From positions 192,001 to 256,000 of the forward strand of contig CBDUPA010000002.1 of assembly GCA_965368975.1 (NCBI GenBank): 64,000 bases of DNA, written 5' to 3'. This document shows positions 52,092 to 61,619 of the stretch, one piece after another. Both the position numbers and the translations under genes were made by a program. Source of the DNA: an uncultured bacterium (lineage in GTDB: Bacteria > Acidobacteriota > Thermoanaerobaculia > Multivoradales > JAHZIX01). Position 1 is the first letter of the stretch, and each line of letters starts with the position of its first letter. The notes beneath the pieces were generated by a model, which did no database searches, had not been told where the DNA came from, and saw nothing but the letters and a program-made list of their open reading frames with translations.

Positions 52092-53783
52092 ATGAGCCCA
52101 ACAACCTCGCTGCTCGCCGGTCGACGCCTGCGCCTGCTCACGGTCTACCGCGTGGCGCTGATTCTCCTGCTGAGCTATGGCTTCTTGCAGCTGCGCTCGG
52201 TGTTCGCCGGGGCCTCGTCTCGCGAACGGCTGCAGGCACGCTGGCGTCGACGGGCGGCGCGGCGAGTGCGCGTCACGATCGAGCGGGTACAGGGCCTGTT
52301 CATCAAGGTCGGACAGCTGGTCAGTGTGCTGACCAACTTCGTCCCCGCCGACTTTCGCCAGGAGCTGGAGGGTTTGCAGGACTGCATTCCGGCACGACCG
52401 CTGGGCGAGATCGAGGCACGCCTGCAGCAGGAATTCGGCCGCGGCGCGGCGGAATTGTTCGCCGACTTCGACGGCAAACCGGTGGCCAGCGCGTCGCTAG
52501 CACAAGTGCATGCCGCACACCTGCAGGATGGACAACGGGTGGCGGTCAAGGTGCAGCATCTGGACATCGAGCAGCTCGCGACGCTCGACCTGCGGACCAT
52601 CCGCCACCTACTCAGTCTCTTGCGCGTCGTGCTGCGGCTGCAAGGTGTCAGGACCGCCTTCGCCGAGCTGGAGCAGATGATCCTGGACGAACTCGACTTC
52701 GAGCGCGAGGCAGCCAACATGGAAGCGATCGCGGCCACCTTCGAAGACGACCCACAACTCAGCTGCCCCGAGGTCATCCCCGCACGCAGCGGCCGGCGTG
52801 TCTTGACGACGACGTTCGAGGACGGCATCAAGATCAGCGACCGTGACGCGCTGCTGGCTCTTGGTATCCAACCGCAGGCCGTCGCGGATCGCGTGCTGCG
52901 TGCTTACTGCAGAATGATCTTCGTTGACGGCCTCTACCACGCGGATCCGCATCCGGGAAACCTGCTGGTACGCCCCGACGGAGGGCTGGTGTTTCTCGAC
53001 TTCGGCGCCGTCGCGCAGCTTTCGCCAGGACTCAAGGACGGCATCCCGATGTTCGTCGAGGGCGTCCTGAAGCGAGACCGTGACGCTATCTTGCGCGCGT
53101 TGCAGCGCATGGGATTCGTGCCGCGCGGCGACAGCGAGCGCACGGCGGAACGGGTCATCGACTATTTCTTCACCCGTTTCCTCGATCACGTCGAGCTGGA
53201 GTCGTGGAACCTGCAGGAACTGCGCATCGATACCAAGCTGAAGCTTGAAATGATGGCGGACCTCAACCGGCTGGACATTTCCCTTTGGCGGCTGACGTCC
53301 GCCTTCCAAGTGCCGCGCGAGTGGGTGCTGCTACAGCGCACGCTGATCCTGCTCCTCGGCCTGGTGTCGCACCTCGACCCGGAACTCAAGCCAGCCGTGG
53401 TCATCCGGCCCTACCTGGAAGAATTCGTACTCGGCGCGGACCGCGACTGGGTCAGCGTAGCAACCGGTGTGGTCAAGGATATGGCACTGTCGATCCTGAC
53501 CGTTCCGGAGGACCTGCGGCGCCTACTCTCTCAGGCACGGCGTGGAGAAGCCAGGGTGGAGGTCGGGGGCGTGCGGCAAGGCTTCACCCTGCTCTACAGT
53601 TTGGGCCAGCAACTTCTCTTCGCGTTTCTGGCACTCGGCACGGGGAGCCTTGCCTACCTTGCCAACCGCCAAGCCGAGGAGAGCCTGAGCCGCGCCCTGC
53701 TAGCGGTGAGCGGTCTGTCCCTCCTGTTGTTGCTGAGAGCTCTTTGGCAGGGCCGTCGCTGGCGACGCGAACTCCACCGCTAG
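52092..53783 (+). CDS. ABC1/UbiB/AarF-family atypical kinase
   Basis: FIKVGQ, ASASLAQVH, VAVKVQ, ELDFERE, HADPHPGN, LDFG. Confidence 0.93.
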   Translation: MSPTTSLLAGRRLRLLTVYRVALILLLSYGFLQLRSVFAGASSRERLQARWRRRAARRVRVTIERVQGLFIKVGQLVSVLTNFVPADFRQELEGLQDCIPARPLGEIEARLQQEFGRGAAELFADFDGKPVASASLAQVHAAHLQDGQRVAVKVQHLDIEQLATLDLRTIRHLLSLLRVVLRLQGVRTAFAELEQMILDELDFEREAANMEAIAATFEDDPQLSCPEVIPARSGRRVLTTTFEDGIKISDRDALLALGIQPQAVADRVLRAYCRMIFVDGLYHADPHPGNLLVRPDGGLVFLDFGAVAQLSPGLKDGIPMFVEGVLKRDRDAILRALQRMGFVPRGDSERTAERVIDYFFTRFLDHVELESWNLQELRIDTKLKLEMMADLNRLDISLWRLTSAFQVPREWVLLQRTLILLLGLVSHLDPELKPAVVIRPYLEEFVLGADRDWVSVATGVVKDMALSILTVPEDLRRLLSQARRGEARVEVGGVRQGFTLLYSLGQQLLFAFLALGTGSLAYLANRQAEESLSRALLAVSGLSLLLLLRALWQGRRWRRELHR

Positions 53784-53831
53784 CGCCGCTGGCTCGGCCC
53801 AGGCATGACCCGGACGCGGTAGGATTCAGTT

Positions 53832-54614
53832 GTGCTCGATCCATCCCCGATGTTCTACGCCGAGATCGCTCCGGACCCACGCCTCAAGCCCTGGGTGGCC
53901 GCTCACTGGACTTTTCGTGTCGACCCAGGCGCGGGTGAGATCGAGCACACGATTCCGCTGAGCGGCGCGGTCAGCCTCGCCTTCGCGCACGGTCAGGCCG
54001 TCCTGGTGGGGCCAAGAGTCACTCCATTGCACACGGTAGTCCGTGGTGGTGATGTTTTCTGGGGTACCTTGCTGTGGCCGGGCGCAGCTGGTTCGTTGTT
54101 GGGCTGTGCCATGGAGCCCCTGCGAGAAGAGAGCTTGCCAGCAGCCCAGGTCCTCGACGGAACGTGGGTCGCCAACCTGACGACGGCGTTGGGCGGGATC
54201 ACCGACGAGACGCGGGCTTGCCAGGAGCTGGATCGAGCCTTGCTCACCCTCGCCGCTTCAGCCGGGCCGCTCGACGAGCGCATGATGACAGCGATATTCC
54301 GTCTCTTGCAGCGGGGTGGACAGGGCTCTCTGCCAGAACTGGCCCGAGAAGTCAGCCTCTCACCCCGACAGTTCCGGCGCCGTTTCCGAGCAGCAGTCGG
54401 ACTCACGGCAAAGGAGCTTGCCCGGATCCGGCGGCTGCGCACATCCGCGGTCGAGCTGGTGGAAGAAGCCGAAAGCTGGGTCAACCTGGCGGCCGATCAC
54501 GGCTATGCCGATCAAGCCCACCTCGTTCGAGAATACGGTTCCTTGCTCGGCCTGACACCACAAGCCTTCGAGCGCCACATCCGTCGCATCGAGCACGGCC
54601 GGCTTCTCTACTGA
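53832..54614 (+). CDS. AraC-family regulator (DUF6597-type)
   Basis: LSPRQFRRRFRAAVGLTAK, GYADQAHLVRE..GLTP. Confidence 0.9.
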   Translation: MLDPSPMFYAEIAPDPRLKPWVAAHWTFRVDPGAGEIEHTIPLSGAVSLAFAHGQAVLVGPRVTPLHTVVRGGDVFWGTLLWPGAAGSLLGCAMEPLREESLPAAQVLDGTWVANLTTALGGITDETRACQELDRALLTLAASAGPLDERMMTAIFRLLQRGGQGSLPELAREVSLSPRQFRRRFRAAVGLTAKELARIRRLRTSAVELVEEAESWVNLAADHGYADQAHLVREYGSLLGLTPQAFERHIRRIEHGRLLY

Positions 54615-54718
54615 CATCTTGCCCTGCACGGATGACCGCTTTCTTCAAGACGAACGGCCAGAGTTGCCTCTACTCTTGATATTGCGGGATGATCCGCTAC
54701 CTAGAGAAGGAGAAATCC

Positions 54719-55312
54719 ATGCTGCGCACAGCCATCATCACAATGTCGGTCCTGTTCCTCCTCAGTGGGACGATAGCCGCCCAGGAGGCGGCCCAGCAGC
54801 AGCAGGCCCAACAGCAGGCAACCCAGCAGGATCCTGGGCTGGCAGCGATGCAGGCATCCCCGGTTGCCGAGCTCGTAGGCACGTGGGAAGGAACGGGCTG
54901 GGTTCGCCGAGGTCCAGGGGAACCCTACAAGACGCGTGGCCAGGAGGTCGTCGAGAGCCGGCTCGAGGGGCGCGTCCTGGTGATCGAGGGCAAGCACTGG
55001 AGTGGCGAAGCAGACGCCTCGGACGCAGTCGTCCACCATGCCATGGCTGTCCTGTCCTACGACAACGATGCTGGTCACTATCGCTTTCGCAGCCACATGG
55101 CCGATGGCCGCGGGGGTGATTTCACCGCGGAAGTCGAAGGCGAGGATCTGATCTGGTACATCCCATTGCCCAACAGTCCAGACGGCAAGGCTCGGATCAG
55201 GTACGTGATCCGCATCGAGGACGACCAGTGGCATGAGATCGGTGAGATGACCCGAGACGGCGAGAGCTGGAACCAGTTCTTCGAAATGACACTACGGCGA
55301 GTCGCGAACTAG
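54719..55312 (+). CDS. Secreted lipocalin-like beta-barrel protein
   Basis: AAGGAG RBS; signal; LVGTWEGTGW, W.E.GE..DG..W.QFFEMTL. Confidence 0.7.
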   Translation: MLRTAIITMSVLFLLSGTIAAQEAAQQQQAQQQATQQDPGLAAMQASPVAELVGTWEGTGWVRRGPGEPYKTRGQEVVESRLEGRVLVIEGKHWSGEADASDAVVHHAMAVLSYDNDAGHYRFRSHMADGRGGDFTAEVEGEDLIWYIPLPNSPDGKARIRYVIRIEDDQWHEIGEMTRDGESWNQFFEMTLRRVAN

Positions 55313-55421
55313 GGCAGAGTCGCCTTCGACGCTCGACTTGGAGACTTTTTGACTCCCCCCTTGGGTGGCTATACACTCGGCCGGTATCGATCCATTCAGT
55401 GTTGCTCGGGAGGGAGGTTGC

Positions 55422-56924
55422 ATGTCCAGGCCCTGTATCGGGATCTTGTCCAGCGTCGTTGCAGCCTTGCTGTTGCAAGGCTGCACCACGCTACGGCCCG
55501 AGGACGACAAGCGAGCCGACATTGCGCAGGAAGCCGCCGAGGCCGCGCAAGCACTACGACAGCAGGACAGTAGCCCGTTCTCGACCCTCGCGCACAGCTC
55601 GCAGACGCTGGCGCAGAGCTGGCAGCAGGTCACCGAGTTGCAGGCGCAGGATCGCCAGACGACCTTCTACGCGGATCTGGGCAACTTGACCCGCGAGGAG
55701 CTGCGGCAGGAGTTCATGCTGGCGTTGCAGGTGCACCTGATGTCGTTGCGCGGGGCCCGGCAGCAAGTGGATGCTGCGGCCGCGGCGGTCCGGGCCGATC
55801 TGGCACGGCAGCAGCGGCTGACGCGGCTGATGGGCACCGATGGTGGCGACGACCTGGATTCGGTCTTGCAAGAGATCGAACGACGTATCGAATGGCTCCG
55901 TGGCCTGCAGGTGAAGATCAGCAAGATCTTGACCGCCGGTCAGGCCGTACGCTCGTCCATCGACGGTACCAGCGCGACGGGCTCCCAAGCAGACAGCACA
56001 GCAGGAACTAGCGCGGGGGACGCCACCCCAGGTAGCCACACAGATGATGCTGGTGGGCTGCTGCCAGCCGGTACCGATCAGCGACTCTTGGCGGTGGAAG
56101 ACTTCCTGAGCGAAGTCCAGAAAGATCCGCGAGTCCAGGCTTCCGGCGAGTTGCTGCTGCGCTCGGGCCAGCAGGTTGCCACCATCGAACGCCAGCGGCT
56201 GGAGGAGTTGAAGACCTACCTGCAGAGCCTGCGGCTGAGTCTGGGACGGTTGGAGAGCCGCCAGGCCGACTACTTCCAGCTATTGGCCATCCCTACCATG
56301 GGCGTGATCCTGACTGCCGACGAGTTCTGGAGCACCCTCGACACAATCAAGGCCGCGCTGGCGGGGACCTGTCCGCAGGATTTCGATCCTCGAGCCAACC
56401 CGACGCTGCCGCTCCTGTCGGAAGCAGCGCTGGCGGCCGGAACCCCTCATCCTGAAGCATCGACCCCGCCCAGCGCGGTCGACGTCGTTGCCTGTCAAAT
56501 CGACGATCTGAAGGCCCTCAAGCCCCAGTGGAACCACTATCTCGACAGCCATCAGGCACTCTGGGCCGAGCACGGGACTTTGCTCTCCTTCGTACAAGAG
56601 AGCCTGAAGACGACAACGTCGAGCAGCCCGCTCTTTGGCTCACCAGCAACGGTGGCCTCGCGCATGGTGCCACAGCTGGCCTTGCTGCTGTTCGTCGAGG
56701 AACCTGCAGATGCGCAGGCGGAGCTGGAGATCGCCACGCTGCGCCACCAGCATGCACTGCGCTTGTCACAGATCAACGCTGACGAACGTCTGGCCCTGGT
56801 CGAGCAGGTAGCCCAGGCGATGCAGATCTACTACCAGGGCGGCCTCAGCCCCTCGGAGGTTTCCGAGGCAATCTTGCTGGCCTCGCAGGTAGTGGCCACC
56901 GCTTTCATCGGCACACGTCTGTAG
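55422..56924 (+). CDS. Hypothetical all-helical lipoprotein A
   Basis: GGAGG RBS; LLLQGC lipobox; coiled-coil heptads; hydrophobic C-terminus. Confidence 0.72.
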   Translation: MSRPCIGILSSVVAALLLQGCTTLRPEDDKRADIAQEAAEAAQALRQQDSSPFSTLAHSSQTLAQSWQQVTELQAQDRQTTFYADLGNLTREELRQEFMLALQVHLMSLRGARQQVDAAAAAVRADLARQQRLTRLMGTDGGDDLDSVLQEIERRIEWLRGLQVKISKILTAGQAVRSSIDGTSATGSQADSTAGTSAGDATPGSHTDDAGGLLPAGTDQRLLAVEDFLSEVQKDPRVQASGELLLRSGQQVATIERQRLEELKTYLQSLRLSLGRLESRQADYFQLLAIPTMGVILTADEFWSTLDTIKAALAGTCPQDFDPRANPTLPLLSEAALAAGTPHPEASTPPSAVDVVACQIDDLKALKPQWNHYLDSHQALWAEHGTLLSFVQESLKTTTSSSPLFGSPATVASRMVPQLALLLFVEEPADAQAELEIATLRHQHALRLSQINADERLALVEQVAQAMQIYYQGGLSPSEVSEAILLASQVVATAFIGTRL

Positions 56925-56939
56925 GACGACGGAGGATCT

Positions 56940-57608
56940 ATGCAACACTCACGCCGCTTCCCTGGCCGCACACGGCGGTTGCCGACGTCGGCACTCGCCT
57001 CGCTCCTGGCCAGTCTCGGCTGCGCTGCCCTCTTCACCGGCTGTGCCAGTCAGCATGCCATGGAAGACGCGGCTCTGCGCGCCTCGGATCAGGTTGCGGC
57101 TCTCAAGATCGAGGTCGAGGACCAGATCGACGCCGAGATCGAGTTCTACGACCGCAACATGGCGGCCATGAGCGAGGCAATCGCCTCGTCCCGATCACTA
57201 CGACTACGGCGCATGATCACCAGCCAAGCAGAAACCTTCGTCACCACCAACGCAGAACAACCACTCTCCAACGAGGTTCTCGTCGAGCTGGCACAGACGG
57301 CGGTCCAGCAATGGCAAGCAACGGACCAGCCCCTGCAACAGACACTGAGCCAGGTGACGCAGGACGTCACCAGCAACCGCCAGCAGGTACGCGTCGACCT
57401 CGGCCAGCTCGACAGCCTGCAAGCGAAGCTCCACACCCTGGGGCAGGCTCGCAACACACGGCAACTGGCGGGCTTCATTTTCAACTTCCTGGACACTACC
57501 GCCGACGATTACTTGAAGCTGCGGGATTCGACCACGACCAGCGAGGCCGAGTCACCACCAGCAGAACCGCAGGGAGCCGAGCCACAGGGGGACGACAATG
57601 CCCACTGA
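56940..57608 (+). CDS. Hypothetical helical lipoprotein B
   Basis: GGAGG RBS; LFTGC lipobox; coiled coil. Confidence 0.75.
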   Translation: MQHSRRFPGRTRRLPTSALASLLASLGCAALFTGCASQHAMEDAALRASDQVAALKIEVEDQIDAEIEFYDRNMAAMSEAIASSRSLRLRRMITSQAETFVTTNAEQPLSNEVLVELAQTAVQQWQATDQPLQQTLSQVTQDVTSNRQQVRVDLGQLDSLQAKLHTLGQARNTRQLAGFIFNFLDTTADDYLKLRDSTTTSEAESPPAEPQGAEPQGDDNAH

Positions 57609-58059
57609 GACCGTAACAACCAGTGACACACCAGCCACCAGTGGTACGCCTACGCCTCATGGAACGGTGAGTGACGATCTCCAACCCCCGAGTCAGGACC
57701 ATAGCCGCGCCATGGCCGGCGTCGAGGTGGCAGTCCAGATCCTGGAAGCGGCACGGTCCGAGATCAACCGCGCCCTCGGACTCCTCTTTGCCAGCGGGGG
57801 CGACACGACGCGCCTGGACCGACTGCAAGCGCGGGTCAGCCAGCTGATCACTCGCTTCAACCGACTCTTATTCGAGATCGAGGCCTCGGAAAGCATCGTG
57901 CAAATGCCGACAGAAGAGGAGATCGCACAGGCAAGGACGGTGGTCGACAAGGTGCGCAACATCTCGGTGCGTGACGCGATCCTCGATGCTGGAATCCAGA
58001 CCTTGTCCGACGCGATCAACAGCGCACAGAATCTGGCCGGCCAGGTCAGCACGGGCTAG
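57598..58059 (+). CDS. Hypothetical helical protein C
   Basis: Overlaps gene B by 11 bp; amphipathic helices; no signal peptide. Confidence 0.7.
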   Translation: MPTETVTTSDTPATSGTPTPHGTVSDDLQPPSQDHSRAMAGVEVAVQILEAARSEINRALGLLFASGGDTTRLDRLQARVSQLITRFNRLLFEIEASESIVQMPTEEEIAQARTVVDKVRNISVRDAILDAGIQTLSDAINSAQNLAGQVSTG

Positions 58060-58191
58060 GCAGCAGCGCTCCCGTTCCCCAATCGAAGGTGCTAGCATGG
58101 CTACTCATGTCAAGTGTTGAGTCAGAAGTCGGCTGACGAGGAAGAGATCGGCGTCATTTGATTTGTGGTCCGAGGGCCCGGGGGGGCGATA

Positions 58192-59346
58192 GTGGAGACA
58201 CTGTCCAAACTGTGGAAGCACATCTGGAAGCGGCCGGATCCGCAGCTCGCGGAGGTCGGCTTCGATGGCGAGTACTTGATCGCGGGCGTGCGCCTTCTGA
58301 TTGTCGCACTGCTGATCTACATCCCACGCGACCTGCTCGGCGGCGGTCTTGGCACCAGTGGATTCCAGGCAGTGCTGCTCATCCTCGGTGCGGCCCTGTT
58401 CGAGACGCTCCTGGTCTACTCCGCCGTGCAGCGCAACTGGGGACGCTCCTGGCTCGGCTTCGTCAGTAGCCCAACCGACGTCACGCTGGTCAGTCTGGCG
58501 CTCCTGATCTACCTGTTCCTGGATCAGCCACCGTCGGCAATCAACGAGATCGTCATCTACCCCTTCTACTTTCTGGCGATCGGCGCCACGAGCCTGCGCT
58601 ACGACTCGCGGGTCTGCATGCTGACCGGCATCCTGGCTACCATCCAGTACGGCGGCATCGTGCTGCTGGCTCAGGACCGCTGGCCGCAACCGCACGAGGT
58701 TGGCTACCAGAGCTTCAACGGCCTGCACCAGCTGATCCGCATTGCCCTGTTGCTCGCCGCAACGCTGCTCGCAACCAGCCTTGTGGTACGTATCCGGGAA
58801 GCCGGCACACAGTCGATCCGCGACCGCCTGACCGGCTTGCTCAACCGTCGCGTGTTCGACGATCGCCTGCGCGAGGAAGCAGCGCGCGCCGGACGCACGG
58901 ACAAGACCCTCGGCTTGGCCATGATCGATGTCGATCACTTCAAGCAGTTCAACGACACCTTCGGGCATGAAGGTGGCGACGAGGCACTCAAGGCTGTCGG
59001 GGATCTACTCCTGCAGAGCTTCCGCGCCACCGACGTCGTAGCCCGCTACGGCGGCGAAGAGTTCGCCGTGCTGCTGCCCTGTATCGACACGATGAACGCC
59101 TTCAAGCGTCTCGAATCCGTACGCCTCGACATCGCCAACATGCCGATCCGCATGCGCGGACGTCCACTACCCGCGGGTGTCACCATCAGTTCCGGCGTCG
59201 CCATCTGGCCCGATGAAGGCGAGACGGTCGAAGAGGTTCTGGCCCTTGCCGACCAGCGCCTCTACCAAGCCAAGCAGGCCGGCCGCAACCGGGTCGTGTG
59301 CCCCCTCGAGATCGATATCCCCGAAGAGCTCATCTCCCTCTCCTGA
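58192..59346 (+). CDS. Membrane diguanylate cyclase
   Basis: Multi-TM N-terminus; DRLTGLLNRR, DVDHFKQFND, RATD I-site, RYGGEEF. Confidence 0.93.
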   Translation: METLSKLWKHIWKRPDPQLAEVGFDGEYLIAGVRLLIVALLIYIPRDLLGGGLGTSGFQAVLLILGAALFETLLVYSAVQRNWGRSWLGFVSSPTDVTLVSLALLIYLFLDQPPSAINEIVIYPFYFLAIGATSLRYDSRVCMLTGILATIQYGGIVLLAQDRWPQPHEVGYQSFNGLHQLIRIALLLAATLLATSLVVRIREAGTQSIRDRLTGLLNRRVFDDRLREEAARAGRTDKTLGLAMIDVDHFKQFNDTFGHEGGDEALKAVGDLLLQSFRATDVVARYGGEEFAVLLPCIDTMNAFKRLESVRLDIANMPIRMRGRPLPAGVTISSGVAIWPDEGETVEEVLALADQRLYQAKQAGRNRVVCPLEIDIPEELISLS

Positions 59347-59453
59347 GGCACCACGCGGACGGCAAAGCACTTGCAGCCTTGCAGCTATGACAATGGTAAG
59401 CTACAGTCGAAAGTTGCCCGGCATATGCCTGGCCTGACTTTAGGCCAACCCCC

Positions 59454-60542
59454 ATGTTCGACAAGCTGCAGCAGATCGAGAAGACGCACGAGGAGCTGAC
59501 CCGCAAGCTGGCGGATCCGGCGATCCTTGGTGATCCCTCTGCAGTTCGCGACACGAGCATCGCACTGGCGGAACTGGAACCAGTCGTCGACCTTCTGCGC
59601 CAGTACAAGTCAGTGCGTCGCCAACGCGAAGAAACGGAAGAGATGCTCGCCGGCCTGGGCAAAGAAGACGGCGAGATGCGCGAGCTGGCACAGGTTGAGA
59701 GAGAAGAGCTGAGCCGCCGTCAGAGCGAACTCGACGAGTCCCTGCGCCAGGCCCTGGCTCCCAAGGACCCGAACGACAACCGCAATGTCGTGCTGGAGAT
59801 CCGCGCCGGGACCGGCGGCGATGAGGCGACGCTCTTCGCCGCCGAGCTGTTCCGCATGTACAGCCGCTACGCCGAGCGCCAAGGCTGGCGTGTCCAGATC
59901 ATCGACCTGTCGGAGTCCGACGTCGGTGGTGTCAAGGAAGTCTCGGCAATCCTCGAAGGCCGCGGTGCCTTCAGCCGCCTCAAGTACGAGGCCGGTGTCC
60001 ACCGGGTGCAGCGTGTACCCGCAACCGAGGCCCAGGGACGCATCCACACCTCGGCGGTGACCGTCGCGGTGCTGCCAGAAGCCGAGGATGTCGAAGTCTC
60101 GATCGACGAGAAGGAACTGAGGGTCGACCGTTTCTGTGCCTCAGGCCCTGGCGGTCAAGGCGTCAACACGACCTACTCCGCGGTGCGCCTGACCCACTTG
60201 CCCACCGGTCTCGTCGTGTCCTGCCAAGATGAGCGGAGTCAGATCAAGAACCGAGCCAAGGCGCTGCGCGTACTCAAGTCGAGGCTGCTCGAGCTGGAAA
60301 CCGAGAAAGCGCAGTCAGCCCAGAGTGAAGAACGCCGCCGGATGGTGGGAAGCGGGGACCGATCCGAGAAGATCCGTACCTACAACTTCCCGCAGAATCG
60401 GGTCACCGACCACCGGATCCACCTCACACTCCACCAGCTACCCAGCGTGATGGAAGGAGATCTGGATGCCGTGATCGACCCCGTGGTGGCGCACTTCCAA
60501 GCAGAAAAAATGGAGCAGGAGGCCCTGGCGACGACTCATTGA
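59454..60542 (+). CDS. prfA: Peptide chain release factor 1
   Basis: [18 protein letters not shown] (PxT), [17 protein letters not shown]. Confidence 0.97.
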   Translation: MFDKLQQIEKTHEELTRKLADPAILGDPSAVRDTSIALAELEPVVDLLRQYKSVRRQREETEEMLAGLGKEDGEMRELAQVEREELSRRQSELDESLRQALAPKDPNDNRNVVLEIRAGTGGDEATLFAAELFRMYSRYAERQGWRVQIIDLSESDVGGVKEVSAILEGRGAFSRLKYEAGVHRVQRVPATEAQGRIHTSAVTVAVLPEAEDVEVSIDEKELRVDRFCASGPGGQGVNTTYSAVRLTHLPTGLVVSCQDERSQIKNRAKALRVLKSRLLELETEKAQSAQSEERRRMVGSGDRSEKIRTYNFPQNRVTDHRIHLTLHQLPSVMEGDLDAVIDPVVAHFQAEKMEQEALATTH

Positions 60543-60705
60543 TGAGTAGCCCCCCCGGCGTCGTCCTTAGGACTCGCAAGAGCCGCCTGGAAGAGAAAGG
60601 CATGCGATTCTGTCACGGTAGAGGCCTTGAACTGCACGTAACTAGCAGGCGGTCCTATCACTGACAGATCGAGCCTAAGTTCGTCACACACGGAGGGTTT
60701 TGGTT

Positions 60706-61011
60706 ATGACGTATCCACTTCGCGCTCTTGCATGCTTGACGGTCGCAGCCCTGTGCATGTTACCGATTGCTTCGGTGCATGCAGCACCGGACACTGGCCC
60801 TGCAAATTTCGACGAAACCCGCTATACTGGTGGAACCAACTTGTTCGACCTTCTGGTGGGCTGGCTCGGCAGCCTGGTGTCACCCCCGGAGGCCCCGGAG
60901 GGGCAACCTCCTACCGGCCTCGACACACAGACACCGACATCTTCGGACAGCTCGCAGACGGAAGATCCGGACAACAAGGGTGTTTACATCGATCCGATCG
61001 GTAACAGCTGA
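60706..61011 (+). CDS. Small secreted pre-pro-peptide ending in GVYIDPIGNS
   Basis: GGAGGG RBS; signal peptide VHA-A; amphipathic LFDLLVGWLGSLV; P/T/S/D-rich linker; DPxG tail. Confidence 0.78.
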   Translation: MTYPLRALACLTVAALCMLPIASVHAAPDTGPANFDETRYTGGTNLFDLLVGWLGSLVSPPEAPEGQPPTGLDTQTPTSSDSSQTEDPDNKGVYIDPIGNS

Positions 61012-61079
61012 GTCGCAGCAGGCGCGAGATCATGGGGAAAAGCGGGAGTGCTCAAGCTTGTTGGGTTGACAGTGAGGCT

Positions 61080-61619
61080 ATGATCAGTCCAGACGAACAC
61101 GTGCAGTCCGATGAAGGCTTCGAGTTCCTGTTGGAACGCGTACAGCCAACGCTGAAGCAGATCCTCGGCCGGTATCAGGTACCGGCGGCGGATGCAGAGG
61201 ATGTCCTCCAGGACACTCTTCTCACCCTGCTGTACAAGTGGGACACCGTACACAATCCCGAGGCCTGGCTGATCGGGACGCTCCGCCGACGCTGCATCAT
61301 GTACTGGCGGAGCCGCCGTTCCCGGCTCTACGAAGCCGTGGACGAGGCAATCTTGGAGTTGATGGCGGAAGGCGAATCTCCCTCGCAGGAGAACGCGATG
61401 CTGCGCCGTGACCTCGAGACCTCTCTAGCGCAATTGCCTTCCCGTTGCCGGGCCATGCTGCGCCTGCGCTACGGGCTCGGCATGAAGCCGGATGAGATCG
61501 CGGGGAGAATGGGGTATCGCAAGTCGAGCGTACGAAAAGTGGCCAACCGATGCCTGGCAGCGTTGATGCGCCAGCTTGTAGAGGTCGGCTTTCTGAACGA
61601 GGAGGCATCAGATGCCTGA
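61080..61619 (+). CDS. ECF sigma factor
   Basis: DAEDVLQDTL, EAWLIGTLRRRC, LAQLPSRCRAMLRLRY..EIA..MG. Confidence 0.9.
   Translation: MISPDEHVQSDEGFEFLLERVQPTLKQILGRYQVPAADAEDVLQDTLLTLLYKWDTVHNPEAWLIGTLRRRCIMYWRSRRSRLYEAVDEAILELMAEGESPSQENAMLRRDLETSLAQLPSRCRAMLRLRYGLGMKPDEIAGRMGYRKSSVRKVANRCLAALMRQLVEVGFLNEEASDA

Noticed and set aside
60611-60643. TGTCAC...CGTAAC as the ECF autoregulatory promoter
   Set aside because: Plausible elements but 20-nt spacing is long and there is no second instance to support it.
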